NCBI GenBank assembly: GCA_035063585.1
Contig: JAPSGB010000018.1
Span: forward strand, 21,517 to 85,516
DNA from: Polyangiaceae bacterium
Lineage (GTDB): Bacteria; Myxococcota_A; Polyangia; Polyangiales; Polyangiaceae
Direction: 5' to 3'
DNA: 64,000 bases
Numbering within the stretch: the first letter of the stretch is position 1; each line of letters begins with the position of its first letter. Shown here piece after piece: positions 1 to 7,830 of this stretch. The notes below the pieces were generated by a model. It worked only from the letters and a program-made list of their open reading frames with translations, did not search any database and was not told the origin of the DNA. The position numbers were made by a program, and so were the translations under genes.

Positions 1-556
1 AGACGTTCGGATCGGTCGTGTAGACGCCCTCCACGTCCGTATAGATCTCGCATACGTCGGCCTTGATGGCCGCCGCGACGGCGACCGCGGTGGTGTCCGA
101 GCCGCCGCGCCCGAGGGTCGTGATGTTGCCCTCGTCGTCCACGCCCTGAAAGCCGGCCACCACCGCGACGCGGCCGCCCCGCACCGTGTCGAGCAGCTTC
201 GACCCCTCGATGGTGCGGATGCGCGCCTTCGTGAACGCGCCGTCGGTCGAGATCCTCACCTGATGGCCGAGCAGGCTCCGCGCGCGCCCGCTCAGGCTCT
301 CGATGGTGATGGCGGTGAGCGCGGCGCTCACCTGCTCACCGGTCGCCGCGAGCGCGTCGAGCTCGCGCGCCTCGGGCGTCGGCGTGATGGCTTGGGCGAG
401 GCCGAGCAGCCGGTTCGTCTCGCCCGCCATCGCGCTCACGATCACGACGACCTGGTTACCCGCGCGCTGCGTCGCGAGCGCGCGCTCGGCCACCGCGCGA
501 ATGCGGTCGAGATCTCGGACGGACGTGCCGCCGTACTTTTGGACGATGAGCGCCAT
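1..556 (-). CDS. lysC: Aspartate kinase (N-terminal part; runs off the window edge)
   Basis: Manual translation from ATG at 556: [13 protein letters not shown]...[14 protein letters not shown]...GEQVS...VAGFQG...[12 protein letters not shown]...[13 protein letters not shown], the hallmark aspartokinase motifs. Absent from the ORF track because it is truncated. Confidence 0.95.
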   Translation of the reverse strand, partial: MALIVQKYGGTSVRDLDRIRAVAERALATQRAGNQVVVIVSAMAGETNRLLGLAQAITPTPEARELDALAATGEQVSAALTAITIESLSGRARSLLGHQVRISTDGAFTKARIRTIEGSKLLDTVRGGRVAVVAGFQGVDDEGNITTLGRGGSDTTAVAVAAAIKADVCEIYTDVEGVYTTDPNV

Positions 557-620
557 CGGTCGAGGGCCGCGCGTTACCGCTTGTCCCGCACTGGGGCAAG
601 TCGTTACGCTCCGGGCCGGG

Positions 621-980
621 GTGACTCCGCTCGCTACATACGTCGTCGAGACGCTCTTCACGCTCTTGGCGGTGATCGCGCTCGCGGTCGTGGTCCTCTA
701 CGGGGCGCGCCGCGCGGGGATGGGCCGCCCGGGAGGTCCCCTCACGCTGGTCGGGCGGTTGCCGCTCGACGGCCGCCGCACGGTGTACCTGGTGCGCGTC
801 GGCGCGCAGCTCTACGTGCTCGGCGCGAGCGAGTCCGGCCTCACCAAGCTGGGCGAGCTCCCGAGCGACTCACTCGAGCTCTCCGCGCCTCCACCCGAGA
901 GCGAGAGCTTCCGGAGCGCGCTCGCCCGCGTCCTCGGGAGCAAGCGCGACGCGAACGAGAAGAGCGCTGGCGATGGCTGA
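621..980 (+). CDS. fliO: FliO-like small membrane protein (type III export apparatus accessory)
   Basis: One N-terminal TM helix followed by [29 protein letters not shown], the FliO beta-rich pattern; overlaps the start of the fliP/sctR-like gene. Start set at GTG 621 within ORF 303..980. Confidence 0.7.
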   Translation: MTPLATYVVETLFTLLAVIALAVVVLYGARRAGMGRPGGPLTLVGRLPLDGRRTVYLVRVGAQLYVLGASESGLTKLGELPSDSLELSAPPPESESFRSALARVLGSKRDANEKSAGDG

Positions 981-1791
981 GCCGTCCTCCAGGGGGTGTC
1001 GGTCCGGCGCGGAATCACGCGGCAAGAGCGCGCGCCTCGCGTGCTCGCTCGGCGCGCTCGCGCTCACCGCGTTGTCGGCCGCGGGTGCGGCTGCGGCACC
1101 GGCCGCGACGCCGGCCGCGACGCCGAATCCAGATGATCTCCTCACGCGCCCGGTCGCGCTGGTGGTCGCGCTCGCGCTGGTCGGGATCCTGCCGTTCGCG
1201 TTCATGACGCTGACCTCGTTCGTGAAGATCTCGACGGTGCTCCAGATCGTGCGCGGCGCGATCGGCGCGCAGAACGTCCCTTCGAACACCGTGGTGATGG
1301 CGCTCGCCGGTGCGCTCACGCTCATCGCCATGGCACCGGTCGGCTCGCGCATCGCGGACCGTGCCGCGCCCCTGCTCGAGGGAAAGCACGAGACGAGTGA
1401 GCTCGTGAGCGGGATCATCGAGGCGACCCGCGAGCCGATCCGCGCCTTCCTCAGGGCGAACGCCTCGGCGCGCGAGCGCGGGCGCTTCTACGAGATCGCG
1501 CGCGCCGCGCGCCCGGAGGCCGAGCGCAGCCGAGTCGGCCGAGACGACCTCGTGGTGGTCATCCCGGCCTTCGTGGTGAGCGAGCTCATCGAGGCCTTCG
1601 CGCTCGGGTTCGCCATCTACCTCCCCTTTCTCATCGTCGATCTGGTGGTGTCGAACGTGCTCCTCGCGCTCGGCATGCAGATGATGAATCCGACCCAGGT
1701 GAGCCTGCCCTTCAAGCTGCTCTTGTTCGTCGCGGTGGACGGCTGGGGGCTGCTCGCGCAGGCGCTGGTCACTGGCTACAAGCCGGGGTAG
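973..1791 (+). CDS. fliP: Type III export gate protein FliP/SctR
   Basis: Motifs [57 protein letters not shown]. Flagellar versus non-flagellar assignment cannot be decided by eye. Confidence 0.9.
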   Translation: MAEPSSRGCRSGAESRGKSARLACSLGALALTALSAAGAAAAPAATPAATPNPDDLLTRPVALVVALALVGILPFAFMTLTSFVKISTVLQIVRGAIGAQNVPSNTVVMALAGALTLIAMAPVGSRIADRAAPLLEGKHETSELVSGIIEATREPIRAFLRANASARERGRFYEIARAARPEAERSRVGRDDLVVVIPAFVVSELIEAFALGFAIYLPFLIVDLVVSNVLLALGMQMMNPTQVSLPFKLLLFVAVDGWGLLAQALVTGYKPG

Positions 1792-1875
1792 CGCCGTCAC
1801 CAAGCGGCGCGCCGTGTCGCGCGGCGCGGTGCCGGCGAGGGATTTCGTAGGCTATCCCGCTCAATACGAGGTCTA

Positions 1876-1930
1876 TGGCCCCCACATATGTGGTCTATGG
1901 GCCCCATAGATGGGGGCCGTAGGCCCCACA
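1876..1930. promoter_or_regulatory. Cluster of nested palindromes upstream of the ABC operon (possible operator sites)
   Basis: CCACATATGTGG (1882-1893) and TCTATGGG-C-CCCATAGA (1894-1910), flanked by GGCCCCCA...TGGGGGCC, in a locally AT-richer intergenic region. Confidence 0.4.
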
Positions 1931-2129
1931 TCACCTCGGTTGCGTGACCAGGAATACCTGGCGGCCCGGATGGTTTCCTCGCGTGCCGGAGTCCGCCGAG
2001 ACCGGCAGGTTTCGCTGTGTTGACACGGATCGAGTCGTCGCTAGGATGCCGCCGCTCCGCGCCTCGAATGGGATCGGAGGCGGAGTTTCTCGGCGGCAGG
2101 GACGCTCTCAGTCCCTCCTTGGAGGCCGG

Positions 2130-3284
2130 ATGAGTACGGACATCATGATCCAGGCCGATGGCCTGACGAAGCGGTTCGGGGCGGTGCGCGCCCTCGACAA
2201 CGTGAGCTTCGAGGTGAAAAAGGGCGAGGTGGTGGGCTTCCTCGGCCCGAACGGCGCGGGCAAGTCGACCACCATGCGCATCTTGACGTGCTTCATCTCG
2301 CCGACCGCGGGGACGGCGAGCGTGCGCGGGCACGACGTCTTCGACGAGCCGCTCGAAGTGCGTCGCTCGATCGGCTACCTGCCCCAGCGAGCGCCGCTCT
2401 ACACCGACATGAAGGTGTACGAGTATCTGAGCTTCGCGGCCCACGTCCGCGGGCTCGACGACTCCACCTTCCGCTCGCGGCTGAAGAAGGTGGTCGAGGT
2501 CTGCGGCCTGGCGCAGGTGCTCGGGAGCGACATCGGCACGCTCTCGCACGGGTACCGTCAGCGCGTCGGGCTCGGCCAGGCGCTCATCCACGATCCGGCG
2601 ATTTTGATCCTCGACGAGCCGACCAGCGATCTCGACCCGAACGAGAAGGCGGAGGTGCTCCGGTACATCAAGGAGATCGGCAAGGATCGGACCATCCTCC
2701 TTTCTACGCACAACCTCTCCGAGGTGGAGGAGGCGTGCGCTCGCGCCATCATCGTCAGCAAGGGGCGGGTGGTCGCGGACGGCCCGCTCGACGAGATCCG
2801 CGCGCGGACCGGGAACGTCCGCTACACGGTCACCATCGACGAGCAGCACGCCGAGGCCGGGAACAAGCCGCCTACGGCCACGGCCGTCCAGGAGGCGCTC
2901 GAGCGAATGACCGGCGCCGGGAAGGTGCGCGAGCTTCCCACCGATGAGAGCGCGCACAAATTCGAGCTCACCAGCGGCCGCGACGGGGATCTGCGGGCGG
3001 AGATCTTCCGGCTCGTGGTCGCGAAGAACTGGACGCTGCTCGAGCTCCGGCGCGAGGCGCAGAGCCTCGACGCGGTGTTCCGAGACCTCACCCGCGGCGA
3101 CGAGCGGCTCGACCGCGGCGCCGGCTGGGCGGGACACGGCGACGAGCCCGACGAGGACGAGTCCGACGAGGACGAGTCCGACGAGGACGAGTCCGGCGAG
3201 GACGAGCCCGATGATGACGAGTCCGACGAGGACGAGCCCGATGATGACGAGTCCGACGAGGACGAGCCCAAGGGGAAAGGTTGA
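2130..3284 (+). CDS. ABC transporter ATP-binding protein (GldA-like) with acidic repeat tail
   Basis: Walker A GPNGAGKST, signature LSHGYRQR, Walker B ILILDEPT, H-loop STH; GGAGG RBS before ATG 2130. Confidence 0.92.
   Translation: MSTDIMIQADGLTKRFGAVRALDNVSFEVKKGEVVGFLGPNGAGKSTTMRILTCFISPTAGTASVRGHDVFDEPLEVRRSIGYLPQRAPLYTDMKVYEYLSFAAHVRGLDDSTFRSRLKKVVEVCGLAQVLGSDIGTLSHGYRQRVGLGQALIHDPAILILDEPTSDLDPNEKAEVLRYIKEIGKDRTILLSTHNLSEVEEACARAIIVSKGRVVADGPLDEIRARTGNVRYTVTIDEQHAEAGNKPPTATAVQEALERMTGAGKVRELPTDESAHKFELTSGRDGDLRAEIFRLVVAKNWTLLELRREAQSLDAVFRDLTRGDERLDRGAGWAGHGDEPDEDESDEDESDEDESGEDEPDDDESDEDEPDDDESDEDEPKGKG
3150..3269 (+). repeat. 15-bp tandem repeat (8 units) encoding DEDES/DEDEP/DDDES
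   Basis: Units GACGAGGACGAGTCC / GACGAGGACGAGCCC / GATGATGACGAGTCC at the 3' end of the ABC ATPase gene. Confidence 0.9.
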
Positions 3285-3287
3285 GCG

Positions 3288-4022
3288 ATGTCTCCCATGT
3301 TGACGATCGCCAAGCGTGAGTTCCGGTCCTATTTCGACTCACCGCTGGCTTACGTGGTCATCTGCGTGAGCTTCCTGGCCCTCGGCGGCTTCTTCTTCAT
3401 GTTCCGGGGCGGCTTCTGGCAGCTCGACCGCGCCACCCTCCAGAACATGTTCGAGTACATGCCGTGGGGTCTGTCGATCCTGGTCATCCCGGTGGTGACC
3501 ATGCGGCTCATCGCGGAAGAGAAGCGGAGCGGCACGCTCGAGATGCTCATCACGCTGCCGGTGAAGGACAGCGACGTGGTGCTCGGGAAGTATCTGGGCG
3601 CGCTCGGCCTGGTGCTGACCCTGGTCCTCGCGTCGCTCATCTACCCGCTCGCGATGTTCAAGTGGCCGTGGAACCTCGGCCCGCTCGACATGGGCCCGGT
3701 GCTCTCGGGCTACCTCGGGCTCATCTTGTTCAGCGCCGCCGCGACCGCGCTCGGACTCCTCATCAGCGCGCTGACCGACAGTCAGGCCATCGCGTTCTTC
3801 ATCACCTTCTTCGTGCTGCTCGTCTTGTGGCTCATCGGCACCTTCGCCGAGAGCATGGGCGGGGTGCTGGGCAACGTCCTCAGCTTCATCAGCTTCCAAT
3901 CGCGCCTCGACGGCTTCACGCGGGGCCTGATGGATACCCGCGACATCGTGTACTTCCTCTCCGTCACGGGCCTGGCGCTCGTGGTGGCATTCCGGGCGCT
4001 CGAGCGCCGCAAGTGGGCATGA
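3288..4022 (+). CDS. ABC-2 type permease (GldF-like)
   Basis: IAKREFRSYFDSPLAYV, TMRLIAEEKRSGTLEMLITLP, GKYLG; about six TM helices; follows the ATPase. Confidence 0.9.
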   Translation: MSPMLTIAKREFRSYFDSPLAYVVICVSFLALGGFFFMFRGGFWQLDRATLQNMFEYMPWGLSILVIPVVTMRLIAEEKRSGTLEMLITLPVKDSDVVLGKYLGALGLVLTLVLASLIYPLAMFKWPWNLGPLDMGPVLSGYLGLILFSAAATALGLLISALTDSQAIAFFITFFVLLVLWLIGTFAESMGGVLGNVLSFISFQSRLDGFTRGLMDTRDIVYFLSVTGLALVVAFRALERRKWA

Positions 4023-5872
4023 GCATGGCGACCCAAGACAAGAAACGAACCGCGGCGGCGCAGACCGGCATCTACTTGCTGGTCCTGACCGGGATCCTGG
4101 TCCTCGCCAACGTGTTCTCCGCGCGCGCCTACAAGCGCGTGGACGTCACCAAGAACGAGCGATACACGCTGAGCGAGGGAAGCGGTCGGCTCCTGAAGAC
4201 GCTGCACGGCCCGGTCCAGGTCGACGCCTACGTCACCCGCGGCCTCGCGCAGCTCGACGCCTTCGTGCGCGACCTCACCGATCTCCTGAAGGAGTACGAG
4301 CGGGCGGGGCAGGGCAAGTTCAAGTTCACCATCATCGAGGCCAAGACGGACGAGCTCCGCGAGCAGGCGAAGGACGCCGGGCTCCAGCCCTCCGCCTTCG
4401 GCGAGGCCAGCGCCACCGGCGAAGATCAGGCCTCGGTCGCCCAGGGCTACATGGGCCTGGTCTTCAAGTACGGCAGCGAGAAGGGCGTCATCCCGCAGCT
4501 CGCGCCAGGCCGCTCCGAGGGGCTCGAGTTCTGGATCACCAACAAGATCCGTGAGGTCCGCGACAAGTCGGACGACATCAAGCACCGCATCGGCGTCGTC
4601 ACCGGCAAGGACGAGCTCAAGCTCTCGGACACCAACCTGGTGCCCCGTCAGGGGCGCTCCGGCTCGCCGAGCATCCAGAGCATCATCGAGCAGGCCTTCC
4701 CCTTCTACAAGATCGAGGAGGTCGACCTGAAGGACGGCGAGTCCGAAATCGACAAGGGACTCGACGGCCTCATCATCACCCAGCCGCGCAAGGACTACAC
4801 CGAGAAGGAGCTCCGGCGGATCGACCAATTCTTGATGCTGGGCAACAAGAGCCTGGCGGTGTTCGCCTCGGCGGTCACGCTCAAGCCGCAAGATCCGGCC
4901 ATGGAGGCGACGCTCGATCTCCACGGGCTCGACAAGCTCCTCCCCGGCTACGGCATCGACCTCAAGAAGGACGCGGTCCTCGACTACGGCGCGCAGTTCC
5001 GGCTACCCGTGATGACGCAGACCGGCTCGGTGGTGTCGATCCGCGACCCCGCCATCGCGCACGTGGTCGCCGATCCCCGCTTCGAGGGCGACGAGAAGCT
5101 GCTCGACGACGGCTTTCCAGCCTTCTTCCGCATGGAGGAAATCGCCTTCCCGTTTCCGTCCAGCATCGAGCTCTTGAAGGACAAGCAACCGAAGGACGTC
5201 AAGCTGTTCGCGGTGGCTCGCACCACGCCCGCGGCGGGGGTGGACAAGAGCGCCACCATCGACATGAAGCTGAAGGCGGAGTGGGCTCCGAAGCCGCCCT
5301 TCGCGCAGCACATCATCGCCGCGGTCGCCGAGGGCAAGCTGAAGAGCGCGTTCGCGGGGAGCAAGGCTGACGGCATCACCACCAACGAGCTTGCGCCGAA
5401 GGAGTCGCGGGTGCTGGTGATCGCCTCGAGCCAGTTTCTGACCAACCCGTTCGCCTACGCCGGCAACGGGCCGGACCTCGGCGGGCAGTTCGCCATGATG
5501 GGCGCGATCGGCGGCGATCCGCAGCTCCAGATGTTCGCCGGCCCCTACGCTCAGCGATACCTCACCAACACCATCATCTCGGTCAAGAACACCCTCGACT
5601 GGATGAGCGGTGACGCAGACCTCCTCGCGGCCAGCGCCAAGATCCTCCAGGACGCGAACCTCACCTACTCGAGCGTCGCCAAGCCCAAGGTCAGCGCGCA
5701 GGACGACGACGCCGCGATCAAGAAGAAGGACGAGGAGTATCGTGAGGCGCGCAAGCAGGTACAACGTCAGGTTCAGTGGAGCCTGACCCTCGGGGTTCCG
5801 CTCATCTTCGCGGCGTTTGGGCTGCTCCGGTGGCGCGGTCGCTCGGGCCGCACGAGCAAGTACAAGGTGTGA
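4019..5872 (+). CDS. GldG-family ABC-transporter-associated membrane-anchored protein
   Basis: N-terminal TM then RVDVTKNERYTLS (GldG pattern), large periplasmic region, C-terminal TM; ATGA overlap with the permease gene. Confidence 0.85.
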   Translation: MSMATQDKKRTAAAQTGIYLLVLTGILVLANVFSARAYKRVDVTKNERYTLSEGSGRLLKTLHGPVQVDAYVTRGLAQLDAFVRDLTDLLKEYERAGQGKFKFTIIEAKTDELREQAKDAGLQPSAFGEASATGEDQASVAQGYMGLVFKYGSEKGVIPQLAPGRSEGLEFWITNKIREVRDKSDDIKHRIGVVTGKDELKLSDTNLVPRQGRSGSPSIQSIIEQAFPFYKIEEVDLKDGESEIDKGLDGLIITQPRKDYTEKELRRIDQFLMLGNKSLAVFASAVTLKPQDPAMEATLDLHGLDKLLPGYGIDLKKDAVLDYGAQFRLPVMTQTGSVVSIRDPAIAHVVADPRFEGDEKLLDDGFPAFFRMEEIAFPFPSSIELLKDKQPKDVKLFAVARTTPAAGVDKSATIDMKLKAEWAPKPPFAQHIIAAVAEGKLKSAFAGSKADGITTNELAPKESRVLVIASSQFLTNPFAYAGNGPDLGGQFAMMGAIGGDPQLQMFAGPYAQRYLTNTIISVKNTLDWMSGDADLLAASAKILQDANLTYSSVAKPKVSAQDDDAAIKKKDEEYREARKQVQRQVQWSLTLGVPLIFAAFGLLRWRGRSGRTSKYKV

Positions 5873-5886
5873 AGGACCAGCCTACG

Positions 5887-6936
5887 ATGGCCATCAGTAC
5901 GGACAAGAAGCTCTATATCGCGATCGGCGTGTTGGTCCTGGCAGGCGGCGCCGTCTACCTGCAAAACCAGAACCAATCCAAGGAGGCGGAGGCCCACTCG
6001 CAGGTCGACCAGGCCAAGAACCTCCCGAAGCTCGAGCTCAAGGACGAGCAGCTCAAGAAGGTCGATCGCGTCACCATCACGCAGCCCGCTGGCGACGCCG
6101 GGCTGCCGACCGAGGTGGTGCTGGTCAAGAAGGGTGAGGAGTGGGAGCTCGAGAAGCCGGTGGCTGCCAAGGCCAACCAGGCCAACGTGAAGAGCCTCAT
6201 CGACAACCTGAAGACGCTGAAGGTGACCGACGTCATCAACCCGGACGCCAGCGCGTACGCGAAATACAAGGTGAGCGACGACACCGCGCTCCACGCGGTG
6301 TTCAAGGCCGGAAGCGACACGGTCGCCGACTACTACTTCGGCGAGGGCGGCTCGCGCGGGCAAATGACGCGTTTTGCGGGCAAGGACGGCGTGTTCGCGG
6401 TGGACGGCTACTCGAGCTTCCTCTACTCGCGCGACCTCAAGGACTGGCGCGACCGCGAGATCTTCAAGTTCGAGGAGAAGGACGCGACCGCCGTCGAGAT
6501 CGAGAACGAGAACGGCGTCTTCAGCTTCGAGAAGTCCGGCGACACCTGGGCGGCGAAGTTCAAGAAGCCGAAGGGCGCCGCCGCGGCCAAGCTCGACCGC
6601 TTCGACTCCGCAAAGATCGAGGATCTCCTGCGCGCGTACAAGGCGCTCAGCGCCAATGACTTTACGCAAGACAAGAAGCCCGAAGACATCGGCCTCGCGA
6701 CGCCCAAGGCGAAGCTCACCATCACCATGAAGGACGGCGGGAAGAAGACCCTGTACGTCGGCGACAAGGCGGAGGGCTCGGACCGCTACGCCAAGGCCGA
6801 GGGGAGCGACGCCATCATCACGGTGTCGAGCTTCGCGGCCGACTGGGCTACCGCCGAGCCGAGCAAGTTCCAGAAGCCCGACGACAAGAAGGACAAGGAC
6901 AAGGACAAGCCGAAGGCGGGCGAAGACGCCGAGTAG
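5887..6936 (+). CDS. DUF4340-like membrane-anchored protein
   Basis: N-terminal anchor, two repeated beta-rich units (WELEKPVAAKANQANV; DLKDWRDR); usual fourth gene of gldA/F/G-type operons. Confidence 0.7.
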   Translation: MAISTDKKLYIAIGVLVLAGGAVYLQNQNQSKEAEAHSQVDQAKNLPKLELKDEQLKKVDRVTITQPAGDAGLPTEVVLVKKGEEWELEKPVAAKANQANVKSLIDNLKTLKVTDVINPDASAYAKYKVSDDTALHAVFKAGSDTVADYYFGEGGSRGQMTRFAGKDGVFAVDGYSSFLYSRDLKDWRDREIFKFEEKDATAVEIENENGVFSFEKSGDTWAAKFKKPKGAAAAKLDRFDSAKIEDLLRAYKALSANDFTQDKKPEDIGLATPKAKLTITMKDGGKKTLYVGDKAEGSDRYAKAEGSDAIITVSSFAADWATAEPSKFQKPDDKKDKDKDKPKAGEDAE

Positions 6937-6945
6937 GCGCGACGG

Positions 6946-7818
6946 GTGACCGCCCCGAAGAGCCCGCGGATCGACGTCGAGTGGTGCGCGTTCCGCGCCG
7001 GGTTGAAGCCGGCGCTGCGGCTCAGCGCCGCGCCGGACGAGGCGGACGCGATCGCGGCGCGCTACCGCGCCGGCGGTGCATGGATCGCGATGAGCGAGCC
7101 CGTGGCGCTGCGCGAACGAGTGACGCGGCTCGTTTACGTGGCGGGCACCGAGCGCGGGGCCGCTCTGCTCGTGCAGCTCGAACGGCGACTCTTGAATGCG
7201 CCGTCGCGACGAGCGCAGCGCGAGGCGTCGCTCGAGCTCGGCTATCGTCTCGGTTACCCGCGCTGCTGCGTGGAGGGGTTCGTGTACCGAAACCACGGTC
7301 CGCCGAGCAGCGCGCTCGCGAGCCTGCTCGCGCGAAGGCTCGGACACGACGCTTACAAGGGCGCGCGCGACGCGTGGGTCGCGCGGCCGTTGCCGCGCTT
7401 GAACGTCCTCTTCATGCCGGCGCGGCGCGGGTACTTGAGCTTCGATCCTTGCCGCTACGACTGCGAGCTCGCCCGGGCGCTCGCGGAGCGAACGGCGGAC
7501 GCCGTCGCCGCGGAGGCCCCGGCGGCGGTGGCGGAAATCGACGCTGAGCTCGCCTGCGCGGCGGCGATCTCGGCGAGCGGAGCCCGCGCTCGCGTGGTGC
7601 TCGAGCGCGGGCCGAAGCGGCGCCTACGGGTGGCTCACGCCGAAGCGCCGCGCGACCTCGACGGGGTGGCGAGCGACGCGGACGCCCGCTTCGCGCGCGC
7701 GCTCGTCGCGCGCGAGGTCGGGCGGCGCGGCTTGGTGCTCGGCGGGTGGAGCTTCTCGCCACCGGTCGTGGTGGACTTCGCGGCGGGGGGGCGTGTGCCG
7801 GACGAGACAGCGTGGTAG
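6946..7818 (+). CDS. Hypothetical Cys-motif protein (DUF483-like; LGYPxCC...PC..xC)
   Basis: GLKPALR, LGYRLGYPRCCVEGF, YLSFDPCRYDC; visibly homologous to the N-terminal domain of 33913..37203. Confidence 0.6.
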   Translation: MTAPKSPRIDVEWCAFRAGLKPALRLSAAPDEADAIAARYRAGGAWIAMSEPVALRERVTRLVYVAGTERGAALLVQLERRLLNAPSRRAQREASLELGYRLGYPRCCVEGFVYRNHGPPSSALASLLARRLGHDAYKGARDAWVARPLPRLNVLFMPARRGYLSFDPCRYDCELARALAERTADAVAAEAPAAVAEIDAELACAAAISASGARARVVLERGPKRRLRVAHAEAPRDLDGVASDADARFARALVAREVGRRGLVLGGWSFSPPVVVDFAAGGRVPDETAW

Positions 7819-7830
7819 AAAGCCGCCACA

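Noticed and set aside
2130..6936. ABC operon as the exporter of the Hxs product
   Set aside because: It has the widespread GldA/F/G-type layout and is separated from the cluster by pheT and pckA; nothing links them.
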